Assembly (NCBI RefSeq): GCF_963921235.1
Contig: NC_086107.1
Location: 101,372,001-101,436,000 of the forward strand
DNA length: 64,000 bases
Source of the DNA: Mobula hypostoma
Taxonomy: Eukaryota
Direction of reading: 5' to 3'
Below are positions 47,949 to 59,874 of the stretch, one piece after another. The stretch's first letter is position 1. Each line of letters opens with the position of its first letter. A model generated the notes under the pieces. The model searched no databases. It was not told where the DNA came from and saw only the letters and a program-made list of their open reading frames with translations. The translations under genes were made by a program, and so were the position numbers.

Positions 47949-49115
47949 GAGGAAATCTGCAGATGATTGGCAAAGGGGATATGAGAGGATCATGGGACAG
48001 GAGGCCTAGGGAGAAAGAAAAGGGGGGGGGAAAGCCCAGAGGATGGGCAAGGGGTATAGTGAGAGGGACAGAGGGAGAAAAAGGAGAGAGCGAGAAAGAA
48101 TGTGTGTATAAAAATAAATAACGGATGGAGTACGAGGGGGAGGTGGGGCATTAGCGGAAGTTGGAGAAGTCGATGTTCATGCCATCAGGTTGGAGGCTAC
48201 CCAGACGGAATATAAGGTGTTGTTCCTCCAACCTGAGTGTGGCTTCATCTTTACAGTAGAGGACATGTCAGAATGGGAATGGGATGTGGAATTAAAATGT
48301 GTGGCCACTGGGAGATGCTGCTTTCTCTGGCGGACAGAGCGTAGATGTTCAGCAAAACGATCTCCCAGTCTGCATCGGGTCTCACCAATATATAGAAGGC
48401 CACATCAGGAGCACCGGACGCAGTATATCACCCCAGCCGACTCACAGGTGAAGTGTCGCCTCACCTGGGAGGACTGTCTGGGGCCCTGAATGGTGGTAAG
48501 GGAGGAAGTGTAAGGGCATGTGTAGCACTTGTTCTGGTTACAAGGATGTGCCAGGAGGGAGATCAGTGGGGAGGGATGGGGGGGGATGAATGGACAAGGG
48601 AGTCGCGTAGGGAGTGATCTCTGCGGAAAGCGGGGGGGGGAGGGAAAGATGTGCTTAGTGGTGGGATCCCGTTGGAGGTGGCGGAAGTTACGAAGAATTA
48701 TATGTTGGATCCGGAGGCTAGTGGGGTGGTAGGTGAGGACCAGGGGAACCCTATTCCTAGTGGGGTGGCGGGAGGATGGAGTGAGAGCAGATGTACGTGA
48801 AATGGGGGAGATGCGTTTAAGAGCAGAGTTGATAGTGGAGGAAGGGAAGCCCCTTTCTTTAAAAAAGGAGGACATCTCCCTCGTCCTGGAATGAAAAGCC
48901 TCATCCTGAGAGCAGATGCTGTGGGGACGGAGGAATTGCGAGAAGGGGATGGCGTTTTTGCAAGAGACAGAGTGAGAAGAGGAATAGTCCAGATAGCTGT
49001 GAGAGTCAGTAGGCTTATAGTAGACATCAGTGGATAAGCTGTCTCCAGAGACAGAGACAGAAAGATCTAGAAAGGGGAGGGAGGTGTCGAAAATGAACCA
49101 GGTAAATTTGAGGGC
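47949..49115 (-). mobile_element. Young Penelope-like element fragment (RT C-terminus, linker, GIY-YIG)
   Basis: FFKERGFPSSTI..VPLVLTYHP..HFTCESAGVIYCVRCS; its 3' region matches 50420-50664. Confidence 0.9.
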
Positions 49116-49601
49116 AATTCAATATAACGTCAGACCTCTCAGCAATTGACAAGAGATAAAGAAACAGTAACGTCGATAGATCACAGAGATGGAAATGGGC
49201 AATCTCAGTTTCCCCAATATTAACTGGGATTGCCTGAGTGTGAAAGGTTTAATGAGATGGATTTTTAAAGGTTCTTCCAGGAGAGAAATTTGAGCCAGTA
49301 TTTTGATTGATTTACTGGAAGAATGGCAGTACAAGGCCTTAACCCTGATTAGTAGTGCAACTCCCCCCCCCCCACCACTCTTTTACCTCCCTCTCTATCT
49401 TTTCTAAAACATCAAAACCCTGGGACGTTGAGCACCCATGTTTGTCCCTTCCTCAACCAGGTCTCTGGAATGGCCACAACATCATAGATCCATGAACTGG
49501 TACCACTTGAGTAACAGTGGGGGAGCATTTCAGAGACAACGCGTAAGCTCAGAGATTCTTACGGAAAAGGACAACATGAAGCAGGTACTAAGGTGCTGAA
49601 C

Positions 49602-49701
49602 AACACAGGTCAAAGTTGCTGGTGAACGCAGCAGGCCAGGCAGGATCTCTAGGAAGAGGTGCAGTCGACGTTTCAGGCTGAGACCCTTCGTCAGGACTTC
49701 G
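49602..49701 (-). mobile_element. 100-bp Penelope-derived insert (hammerhead motif + tail) with 13-bp TSD
   Basis: TSD TAAGGTGCTGAAC at 49589-49601 and 49702-49714. Confidence 0.9.
49663..49698 (-). ncRNA. Minimal type I hammerhead ribozyme motif
   Basis: AGUC CUGACGA A GGGU CUCA GCCU GAAA CGUC GACU. Confidence 0.7.
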
Positions 49702-50276
49702 TAAGGTGCTGAACTGGGAAATGGGATGGGTGTGGGTGGGTATGGGTTCTAATATCATAAGACAGGACCAACAACAGTGGACAGGAAGCAACCATTTGCA
49801 TGTAGGTCTACATCCGATGAGTGGGAGTTATTCAAAAATGAAATAACAAGAGATCAGGTCCAACAAGTTCCTTAAGTGTGAAAGGCAGGATCAGATTAAA
49901 GATTAGATTAGCTTTATTTGTCGCTTGCCCTGGAGATCAAAACATCGCATTGTCTTGTGTCAACGAACAGCACCGTCCATGCATTGTGCTGGGAGCAACC
50001 TGGAAGTGTCACCATGTTTCCAGTGCCCGCAGAGCAACCCCACAACTTACTGACCCTAACCGTAAAGTGGGGGGGGGGGGTGTCAGCTGCTTTAAGTTCC
50101 TCAGTGTTATCTGTCCTGGGCCCAGCACGTTTGTGCAATTACGAAGAAAACACGACTGTGCCTCTACCTCCTTAGAAGTTTGCGAAGAATCGACACGGCA
50201 TCTAAAACTTTGGGCAACACACATCAAAGTTGCTGGTGAACGCAGCAGGCCAGGCAGCATCTCTAGGAAGAGGTGC

Positions 50277-50312
50277 AGTGGACGTTTCAGGCCAAGACCC
50301 TTCGTCAGGACT
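50277..50312 (-). ncRNA. Minimal hammerhead motif (one stem I mismatch)
   Basis: AGUC CUGACGA A GGGU CUUG GCCU GAAA CGUC CACU. Confidence 0.6.
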
Positions 50313-51011
50313 AACTGAAGGAAGAGTTAGTAAGAGATTTGAAAGTGGGAGGGTGAGGGGGAGATCCAAAATGATAGGAGAAGACAGGAGGGGGAGGGAT
50401 GGAGCCAAGAGCTGGACAGGTGATAGGCAAAAGGGATATGAGAGAATCATGGGACAGGAGGCCCAGGGAGAAGGAAAAGGGAGAGGGGAGGAGAAAACCC
50501 AGAGGATGGGCAAGGGGTATAGTCAGAGGGACAGAGGGAGAAAAAGGAGAGAGAGAGAGAAAGAATGTGTGTATATAAATAAATAACGAATAGGGTACAA
50601 GGGGGAGGTGGGGCATTAGCAGAAGTTAGAGGAGTCAATGTTCATGCCATCAAGTTGGAGGCTAACTTCCACTAACTTCTCTAACTTCTGGAGACTTCTC
50701 TAACTTCCGCTAATCCCCCACCTCCCCCTCGTACCCCATCCGTTATTTATTTATGTACACACATTCTTTTTCTCTCTCTCCTTTTTCTCCCTCTGCCCCT
50801 CTGACTATACCCCTTGCCCATCCTCTGGGTTTTCCCCCCTCCCCCTTTTCCTTCTCCCTGGGCCTCCTGTCCCATGATTCTCTCATATCCCTTTTGCCAA
50901 TCACCTGTCCAGTTCTTGGCTCCATCCCTCCCACTCCTGTCTTCTCCTATCATTTCCGATCTCCCCCTCCCCCTCCCACTTCCAAATCTCTCACTAACTC
51001 TTCCTTCAGTT

Positions 51012-51047
51012 AGTCCTGACGAAGGGTCTCGGCCCGAAATGTCGACT
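51012..51047 (+). ncRNA. Minimal hammerhead motif (stem III C>U variant)
   Basis: AGUC CUGACGA A GGGU CUCG GCCC GAAA UGUC GACU. Confidence 0.65.
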
Positions 51048-52134
51048 ACCTCTTCCTAGAGATGCTGCCTGGCCTGCTGCGTTCACCAGCAACTTTGACA
51101 TGTGTTGCTTGAATTTCCAGCATCTGCAGAATACCTCGTGTTTACGTCTAAAACTTTGACAAGCTTCTATAAATGTGTAGTGGACAGTATATTGACTGGT
51201 TGCATCAAGGCCTGGTATGGAAACACTAATGCCCTTGAAAAGGAGTGTATATGGCCCAGTCCATCATGGATAAAGCCCTCCCACCATGGAGCACAGCTAC
51301 ACAGAGCGTTGCTGCAGGAAAGCAGCATCCATCATCAGGGACCCCCACCACCCAAGACGTGCTCTCTCCTCGCTACTGCCACCGGGAAGAAGGTACGGGA
51401 GCCTCAGGACCCACCACCACCAGGGTTCAGGAACAGTTATTACCCCCCAACCATCAGGCACTTGAACCATTGGGGATAACTTCACTCAACTTCACTCACC
51501 CCATCATTGAACTGTTCCCACAATCTATGAACTCACTTTCAAGGACTCTTTATCTCACGTTCATGATATTTACTCCTTCTTTATTATTATTATTTCTTTG
51601 TATTTTGTACATTGGTTGTTAGTCCGTGCTGTTGGATGCGGTCTTTCATCGATTCTATTAAGGTTCTAGATTTACTGAGTATGCCCGCAAGAACATGAAT
51701 CTCAGGGTTGTATATGTTGACACATGTGTACTTTGATAATAAATTTACTTTGAACTTTGAAACTCGAGCGCTCCGAGGAAACCCAGGCAGTCACGGGGAG
51801 AACGTACAAATTCCTTACAGACAGAGGTAGGAATTGATCGCTGGAACTGTAAATCGATGCGCTAGCTACTGTGGTATCCTGCTGCCTTGTCCAGGGGACT
51901 TGGTATGTCAAGGGATGTTAAGCGTTAGGAAAAAAATGTAAATAATGCTAGCTAAAGACAATCGAAAAGAGGGAAGGCCCTGCAGAAATATAGAAAGTGT
52001 AGAAGTAGACAAAAATGTAATTAGGTGAAGAAGGAGCTGGCATAATTGAGTAAAATTCAAAGTCTTCTACAAGAACATTCAGGACAGGACCGTAACTAGC
52101 AGAGCCCATCAGACACCAAAATAGCAACTGTTGT

Positions 52135-52620
52135 TCAAAATTGAAAGTAAATGTTATTATCAAAGAACATATATGTCGCCATATAAAATCCTGAGATGAA
52201 TTTTCTTGTGGTAATACTCAACAAATTGAGAGACTAATAACTATAACAGAATCAATGTAAGACCGCCCAGCTAGGGCATTCCCTAGATGAACAGTCCACC
52301 TAGATGCCCAACTCGAGGAGCAGTCTTTGAAAGTGAGTCTATTGGTTGTGGGAGCATTGCAATGATGGGTCAAGTGAAACTGAGTGAAGTTATCCCCTCT
52401 GGTTCAAGAGCCTGATGGTTGAGGGGTATTAACTGTTCCTGAACCTGGTTGTGTGAGTCCTGAGGCTCCTGTACCTTCTTCCTGATGGCAGCAGCGAGAA
52501 GAGAGCTTGTCTTGAGAGGTGGGGGTCCCTGATGATGGATGCTGCTTTCCTGTCGATGTGCTCGATGTTTGGGAGAGCATCACCCGTGATGGACTGGGCT
52601 GTATCCATGGCTTTCTGTAG
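52135..52620 (-). mobile_element. Rex1-type 3' fragment
   Basis: Reverse-complement similarity to 51245-51760. Confidence 0.65.
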
Positions 52621-53204
52621 GATTTGTGTGGAGTGAACAGAAATGAGGTTTGCATGATGCCTTCTTATCTGTATTCATTAGGGAAAAGGACATTGTCATT
52701 TGAAAATTCAAGGGAGCAGGTCAAACAAATTGCAATGAAAAGGAGGAGATTATCTAATATCTGGATAATTTGGATTTGTCAGTCTTAAAGATAAATATAA
52801 TCTCAAGGCCTGGTACAATACTTGTGAGGAAAAGATTGTTGGCCACAGGTAACAGGGGTAAGTCAGGTAATTAGAACACTGTGAGTCTAACATCAGTGGT
52901 AATGAAATTATTAAGTGTTCCAAAAGTATACTTGGAGAAGCAATGTTTAATCAAAGTTTGTCACGATGCTTTGTCAGGAGAGACCCTGTCTGACCAATTT
53001 GATTGACTTTTCCAAAGCGTGGCAGCATGGTTGATGTAGTCTGCTTGGGCTTCAGTAAGGCCTCTGACATGGTTCCACATACAGGACTGGTCCAAAGGGA
53101 AGAACCAATGGGATATAGGGTAAAATGACAAATTGGGTCCAAATTTGGTCATAGCAGGCGGGAGGTTAAGGTGGAAGAGTCACAGGAGACCACAGATAGT
53201 GGAA

Positions 53205-53730
53205 TCTAGAGCTAAAAAGGAAACTCAGCATCTGTGGATGGAATTGGACAGTTGGCACTTCTCACTGAGACCCTACATTGGAACTGAAAGAGTGGAGGTG
53301 AGGGGGAGGGCTGGGACAAGAGCTGGCAAGTAATGGGTACATCTAGGAGAGGAGGGTTGAAGGGCAGATGGGGAGGGAAGGGAGAAGATAGAGGCTGGGA
53401 GGTGATTGCTGGAGACAACAAGGTGCTGTAGAATCTGATAAGAAAGGAAGTTGAAAAGGAACCAGACAAGGAGTGATGCTTGGCAGATGGGAATAGTTGG
53501 GGGGGGGGTGCGGAAGGGGATGGGTGATCCAGTGGTGGGCAGGTGGGGAGGTGAAAGAAACTGTCTGATAGGAGGAGGTTTGGAAAGAAGGGTATGTGTA
53601 AGAGGGTCTGAGCAGATCAGGAGAGAGAAAAGGGGTGAAGAGGAGCAGGCTGCATTAAACTGGAGAACTTAATGTCCACAGCGTCAGGCTGCAGACTGCC
53701 CAGAGGGAATATGAGATGCTGACCCTCTAG
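53205..53730 (-). mobile_element. Old Penelope 3' region
   Basis: Purine-rich tract and GCAGACTGCCCAGAGGGAATATGAGATGCTG, similar to 48190-48230. Confidence 0.6.
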
Positions 53731-53732
53731 TC

Positions 53733-53811
53733 CAGGGGTTCCCAAACTGGGGTCCACGGACCCCTTGCTTATGGTATTGGTCCATGGCATGAAAAAGATT
53801 GGGAACCCCTG
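53733..53811. mobile_element. hAT-type MITE (third copy)
   Basis: TIRs CAGGGGTTCCCAA / TTGGGAACCCCTG; flanks CTCTAGTC / ACCTAGCC. Confidence 0.8.
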
Positions 53812-56800
53812 ACCTAGCCTCACCCTATCATTGGAGAAGGTTTGGAATAGTTTGAGAGCCTGTGACCAGTGTGTTTCACGGGGAACCTTCACCGTTGGCT
53901 TTACACAGTACATTAACTGGGTGAGGATGGAGGAGAAAGGTCACAGATGACATAATAATTGGTGAAATTGTTGATAGCAGAGAGACTAGTCTACAGGGAA
54001 AGAATTGGTTGATAAAATGGACGGAGAAATGGCTGGGGTTTAATCCAGAAAAATGATGGAAGTACATTTCCAGGGAATTGATTGGTACTGACAAACAGAG
54101 GAATCTTGGTCTGCATCTCCAAGATGGTTAAGAAGACATCCTGGATGCTGGATTGTCTGGGGCATAAAATATAAGATCAGGGAGGTTATGGTACGAGTTT
54201 ATAAAACAGTCAGTAGGCCACAGCTGGAGTGCTGTGCGCAGTTCTGATTGCCACGTCGCGGGGAGGACACGGTTGCGTTGAAGAGGATGCAGCAGAGACT
54301 CATCAGGACGCTGCCTGGGGTGGAGTTATGAGGAAAACGTCAGTGCCAGCCTGCTCTTTAAGGGTGGAAGGTCAGGTGCTTTCTCAGGAACCCTGGATGC
54401 CTCATAGACTGGTGTGGCCGTGACCACAGGGAAGTGTACAGAGTTGCGCACATTGTAAAGACCAGCCTCCACTCCATGGGCTCTGTCTACACTTCCCACT
54501 GCCTCAGCGACAGCCACCAGCATCACCAAAGCCCCCATCCACCCTAGACGTTCCCTCTTCTACCCTCTTCCACTGGGCAGAAGATACAAATGCCACAAGG
54601 ACAGGCCCAAGGATAGTTTCTACCCTGCTCTTAACGGACCTCTTGTACAATAAGACAGACTCCTAAACTTACAATCTATCTCATCATTGCCTTTTACGTC
54701 TTATTGTCTGCGTGCACTGGACTTTCTCTCACTGTAACACTACACCCTGTATTTGGTTATCGTTTCGCCGTACCGCCTCGATGTACTGATGTTATTTGCA
54801 TGGATAGCGTGCTCAGTGATGATGATAAAGCAGTTTACTGATTTACCAGCTCAAGGCTCAGGAATTAAGCTCAGGGACACGCATAAATCCAGCAACAAGG
54901 AGCAGGGATTTTTGTAAGCGTTGCGGAGCTGAGATCTTTGTGAGGATTGCGGAGCTGGAGGAGGTTGCAGACTGTGTGAAGGGATCATAGATGGAGATGA
55001 GAATTTTAATATTTTGTAACCAATGTCAGGCCAGTGCCCTCCAGCACGATGCTGGTGAACTGAATATGTATTCACTTTAAAAGACACAGGGTCAGGCACT
55101 AATATTACTTCAGCATATAAAGGTTATTGTCAATTATGTATTAGTCGTCATCCTGACCAGCTTTTCATCAAATCCTTGTGCCAAATACAGCTGACAATCT
55201 AATGCATCAACTCTCACAGAAAAAAAACTCATGGGATTTTGTAAGCAGTGAATTAATGTCAAGTTGACAAAGGCCAGGTTTATTTTTATCCATCAAAGAA
55301 ACAGTGAACAGTGAGCTAACTGGTCAATTCGCCCTGGCTTTGTACGTGTGAGGAGTGATTCCATTCTGTCCAATGTTACACAGAAGTTTTCCATTTAATT
55401 CTCCCTGCCAGATTGGCAATACTTTGGTACACCAGTAGATGTCAGGATTGAGCCCAAATAAGACTCTCGGAACCCTTGGTTACCTTGTCCAGACCTTATC
55501 ACCTACTGCAGAATCATCTTTAGTGATCTTGTGATGTATAGTAGCCTCCAACCTGATGGTACAAATACCGATTTCTCCGTCCGGTAAAAAAAATCCCCCC
55601 CCCCATTCCCCACTCTTCTCCCCTACCTATCATTTCCCCCTGCGTCCCCTCTTCCATCCCTCTCTCCGATAGTCCGCTCTCCTGTTCTATCAGATTCTTT
55701 CTTCTCAGACTTGGCTTCACCTATCACCTTCCAGCTAGCCTCCTTCCCCTCCCCCGCCACTTTATTCTGACATCTTCCCCCTTTTCAAAATCAAATCAAA
55801 TCAAATCAAATTTAATCGTCTTTCAAACCAAGGTGCAAAAACATACACGTGCATTCAAAATAACAAGAAAGGAAACAAAGAACATTGCCATGTAAGTGAA
55901 CAAATTTTTAGACCAAGTTCCTCAACAAACAAGTCCTGCAAATGGCAGTCCGCAGTCCAGCTTGTAATTCCACAGATCCACCACTGGAGGGCAGCACAGA
56001 TGGGAGAGGCCACTACCCCCCTCAACCGAGCCTGGATGCATCGCAAGTCTGAGGACGAAGGCCTAGTCTTAGCTACAACCGAGGTGACACTGCTGCCTCG
56101 CCACCAAACAAGGGAAGCAGGCCTGCGGCGATCAGTGTCCAACATGGACATCAGGCCTGTGGCAATCAGGGCCCAACATGGTCTTGCGACCGCAAAAGAA
56201 ATATCCAAGACGGTCACTCACATTCCACTGCAGGCCAACTCGAAGGCACCAACTCCAGTGCCTCCAAGTAGCACACAGCAGCACAGTCTCCACCCAGGTC
56301 AACTCTTCTGAACGTACAGGCAGCGGCGGGAATTGAACCAGGGTCGCCTGCACCATAAAGCGTTGTGCTAACCACTACGCTACCGTGCCGCCCCAAGATT
56401 CTCCCCAAAGCCCATTGTCTTGTTCAGACCTTGTTCCTTAGTGCCTTGGTGTCCCCCTGTGTTTAGCCATATCCCTATGGGGCCCCATTGGACATTTTAT
56501 TCCGTTAAAGCTAGTGTATGAATGGAAGTTGCCGTTACTTGAGCAGGTGAGGGATCAGGGCTGGAGGGGTGGCAAGCAAGCCCAGTGCGTCAGCGGCCAA
56601 ATGTTTAACTTTAAGGAGAATGGGAACTTCTCTTTCTCGTCTTGCTGAAACACACAGGCCCAGGGGCACTGGGCAGGCCAAGAGAAGATGCTGAGGATGC
56701 AATCTGTGTGGTTCCCCAGACCGATCTTATTGGAGACCGAACTGAGCTCTTCCACGTTTCACGGTGGATGCCCCTTTATGAAGCCAGCACAGCAAAGGAT

Positions 56801-57611
56801 CTTGCATGGAGCTTGTGCTTGGGAACGGGATTCTCGCAATGCCCGTGCCTGTACCTTTGGCCACGGACTATAGATGGGTGGTGATATACCAGTGTCCTGA
56901 TACTCTGCACCTTCACATACTGAGACCCACTGAGGCTGTACGTTATTCTGCAGAGCAGTCCCTGTCCACAACTGCTCACACCTCCTGTGACTGCCGTTCC
57001 TACTGTTGCAGAAAAACAGCCATACCGAGAATCAGCTGCACATTGTTTTCCAGTCACTGAATCCGCCAGCACACTGAGCCTACGCCGGCTTTTGGAATTC
57101 ATCCCTTCAGGCCTGCTCCTTCCCCCACAGCTCTGATGCACTCTTTTACCCTTCAGTAGACACTGACTGACTGCTTCCTCCCGCCCTGTAGTCAGCCAGC
57201 TTCTGGTTATCACCACTGTCTGAGCAAGAGTCGTACAGCCTGCAACAAGGCCCCTTGACCCAACCGCCCCACCCCATCCAAGCTAGTCTCGTTTGCCCGT
57301 GCTTGGCTCATATCATTCTAAACCGTTCCTAGCTGCCTCCAGCAGTCTCTTAAAGGTTGTTACTGCATCTGCCTCAGCCACTTCCTCTGGCAGCTCGTTC
57401 CATGTTCTCACCACCCTCTGTGTATAAGTGGTGCCTCAGACATCCGTCCTACCCTGCACGGTAGCACCACGATTAGTGAAATCGCTGTATAGTGCTGGCA
57501 ATCACTGACTGGGCTTCGATTCCCACCACTGTCTGTTAGGAAATGGTATGCTCTCCCCGTGACTGCGCGGGTTTCCTCCGAGAGCTCCAGGTTCCTCCCA
57601 AAGTCCAAAGG

Positions 57612-57879
57612 AGGAATTCTGCAGATGCTGGAATTTCAAGCAACACACATAAAAGTTGCTGGTGAACGCAGCAGGCCAGGCAGCATCTCTAGGAAGAGGT
57701 ACAGTCGACATTTCGGGCCAAGATCATATCTCCCCCTCCCCCTCCCACTTTCAAATCTCTTACTAGCTCTTCTTTCAGTTAGTCCTGATGAAGGGTCTCG
57801 GCCCGAAACGTCGACTGTACCTCTTCCTAGAGATGCTGCTTGGCCTGCTGCGTTCACCAGCGACTTTTATGTGTGTTGC
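57612..57879. mobile_element. Head-to-head Penelope fold-back insertion with 8-bp TSD
   Basis: Arms ~57640-57724 and ~57795-57879 are reverse complements; TSD TCCAAAGG at 57604-57611 and 57880-57887. Confidence 0.9.
57781..57816 (+). ncRNA. Minimal type I hammerhead ribozyme motif, best-preserved copy
   Basis: AGUC CUGAUGA A GGGU CUCG GCCC GAAA CGUC GACU; predicted cleavage after C57812. Confidence 0.75.
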
Positions 57880-58154
57880 TCCAAAGGCTTACGGTTAGGG
57901 TTGGGATTGTGGCATGCTACATGTGACGAATCTTGTGCTTTGCCTCCTGCACAAGGTACTTTACATGTGTGACAAATAAAACTATTCCTCATCTTTTACC
58001 CAGGTTGAACTTTGCCCTCTCCCTAGTAGGGTCCTGTACCTGAGGAAACTTTACTGAACACATTTAACAAATTTCACCCCATTTAAGCTCTTAGCACTAT
58101 GACAGACCCAGTCTGTACTAATAAAGTTAACACCTCCTACTATAACAAAGTTGT

Positions 58155-59330
58155 AAACACAAGAGATTCTGTAGCTGCTGGTTTGGTCAGGCAGTGTCAA
58201 TGGAGGGGAGTAAATGGAGGGACATTTTAGGCCAGGACTCTTTACCAGGACGGGAAATGAATGGGGGAAGAAACCAGATAAGAAGGTGGAGGAGGGGGAG
58301 AGGAAGAAATTGAAGCTGAAAGGTGATTGGTGAAGCCAGGTGAGGGTGAAGATGGGTGGGTGGGGAAGGGGAGCTGAGAGGTGATTGGCGGAGAAGGTCT
58401 GAAGAAGAAGGAACCTGATAGGGCAGGACAGCGGACCATGGGGGTAGGGAAGGAGGAGGGGCACCAGAGGGAAGTGATAGACAGGTGGGGAGAAGAGATG
58501 AGGAATGATGGGAGCCAGAAGAAGCAATGGAAAAGAAGAGAAGGGGGAAGGGGAGAAATTACTGAAGGTGGAGAAATCGATGCTCGTGCCATCAGGTTAG
58601 AGGGTCCCCAGATGGAATATGACGCGTTGCTCCACCAACCTGAGAGTGGCCTCATTGTGGCAGCGCCAACGTGTTGGAATGGGAATGAGGATTGGAAATG
58701 GTTGGCCACTGGGAAATCCCCCTCCTTGCAGATGGAGCAAAGGTGCTCCACAATGCAGTCCCCGATCTTCTTTGGGTCTCCCCAAGATAGAGGAGGCCGC
58801 ATCGGGAGCACCGGATACAGTAGGTGACCCTGACAGACTCGCAGGTGAAGTGCTGCCTCACCTGGAAGGACTGTTTGGGGGCCTTGGATGGTCGCAAGGG
58901 AGGAGGTGTAGGGGCAGGTGTGGCACTTGTTCTGCCTGCAGGGAGGAGTGCCAGGAGGGAGATCAGTGGGGAGGGACGAACGGACAAGGGAGTCACGCAG
59001 AGAGCGATTCCTGCAGAAAGCAGAGAATGGGAGAGGGGAGGTAAGGATGTGTTCAGTGGTAGGATCCTGTTGAAGATGGTGGAAGCTGTGGAGAATAATG
59101 TGCTGGATGTCGAGGCTTTTGGGAAATTAGGCAAGGACGCAAGGAACTTTATCATTGTCGATGGAAATGGAGGAGATATGGGTTAGCACAGCATCAATGG
59201 AGGAGGGAGGGAAACCCTGAAGAAGGAAGACACCTCAAATGTTCTGGAAAGGAAAGCCTCACCTTCAGAACAGATGTGGGGAGACTGAGGCATGAAGCAA
59301 AGGGGAAGGCACCTTTACAAGTAACAATTG
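58155..59330 (-). mobile_element. Older Penelope-like fragment with GIY-YIG remnant
   Basis: PKQSFQVRQHFTCESVRVTYCIRCSRCGLLYLGETQR. Confidence 0.88.
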
Positions 59331-59874
59331 GCAATGCTGTTAGTCTTGAAACCGTTCCCCTCATATCTGCAGCCTTTGTCCCCACCCCTTGTCCTTGAAT
59401 CAACCACTGTTTCGCACCCACCTCACTGAGGGGTCAGTGGAGGAAAGGGCCTCAATGTCACAGAGAATCTACCCTGGACCCAAATCGTTGACGCAATCAT
59501 GTTGAAAGGGTGCCAATGGCTCCACGTTAGCAGTTCAAGGAGATTCGGTGTGACGCCAAAGACTCTTACACAAATGTGATACGTGTTACTTTGGATTTCC
59601 AGCCCCTACAGATTTCTCATGTTTACCATGTCTTTCCCCAGTGACATCAAGTCGGAGTAGAATCAGGAGGGTGAAAGGGTTAGACTGGAGGCTGACACTC
59701 ACAGTGAGATACTATGAGATCAAAGCCATTCAAGTTCAAGTTCAGCTCCAAGTTTAAAGTCATGAGCCAATGTACCCAGGGCATAAATGCCATGAAAATG
59801 AGCAGCATTGCAAACATAAGTCAACATTAACATAATTTATACATCACATACAAAAATACAGAATAAACTAAACA

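Larger units (their letters stand above)
50213..51146. mobile_element. ~930-bp head-to-head Penelope fold-back insertion with 12-bp TSD, inside a Rex1-type LINE (~50070-51760)
   Basis: Arms ~50213-50664 and ~50693-51146 are reverse complements; TSD TCTAAAACTTTG at 50201-50212 and 51147-51158. Confidence 0.93.
57458..57985 (+). mobile_element. V-SINE interrupted by a Penelope fold-back
   Basis: Head and core end at TCCAAAGG (57611) and resume at 57880. Confidence 0.75.

Noticed and set aside
47540..49500. Similar segments at ~47545 and ~49345 as a large TSD or LTR pair around the Penelope
   Set aside because: Too diverged from each other relative to the young PLE; better explained as separate CR1 fragments
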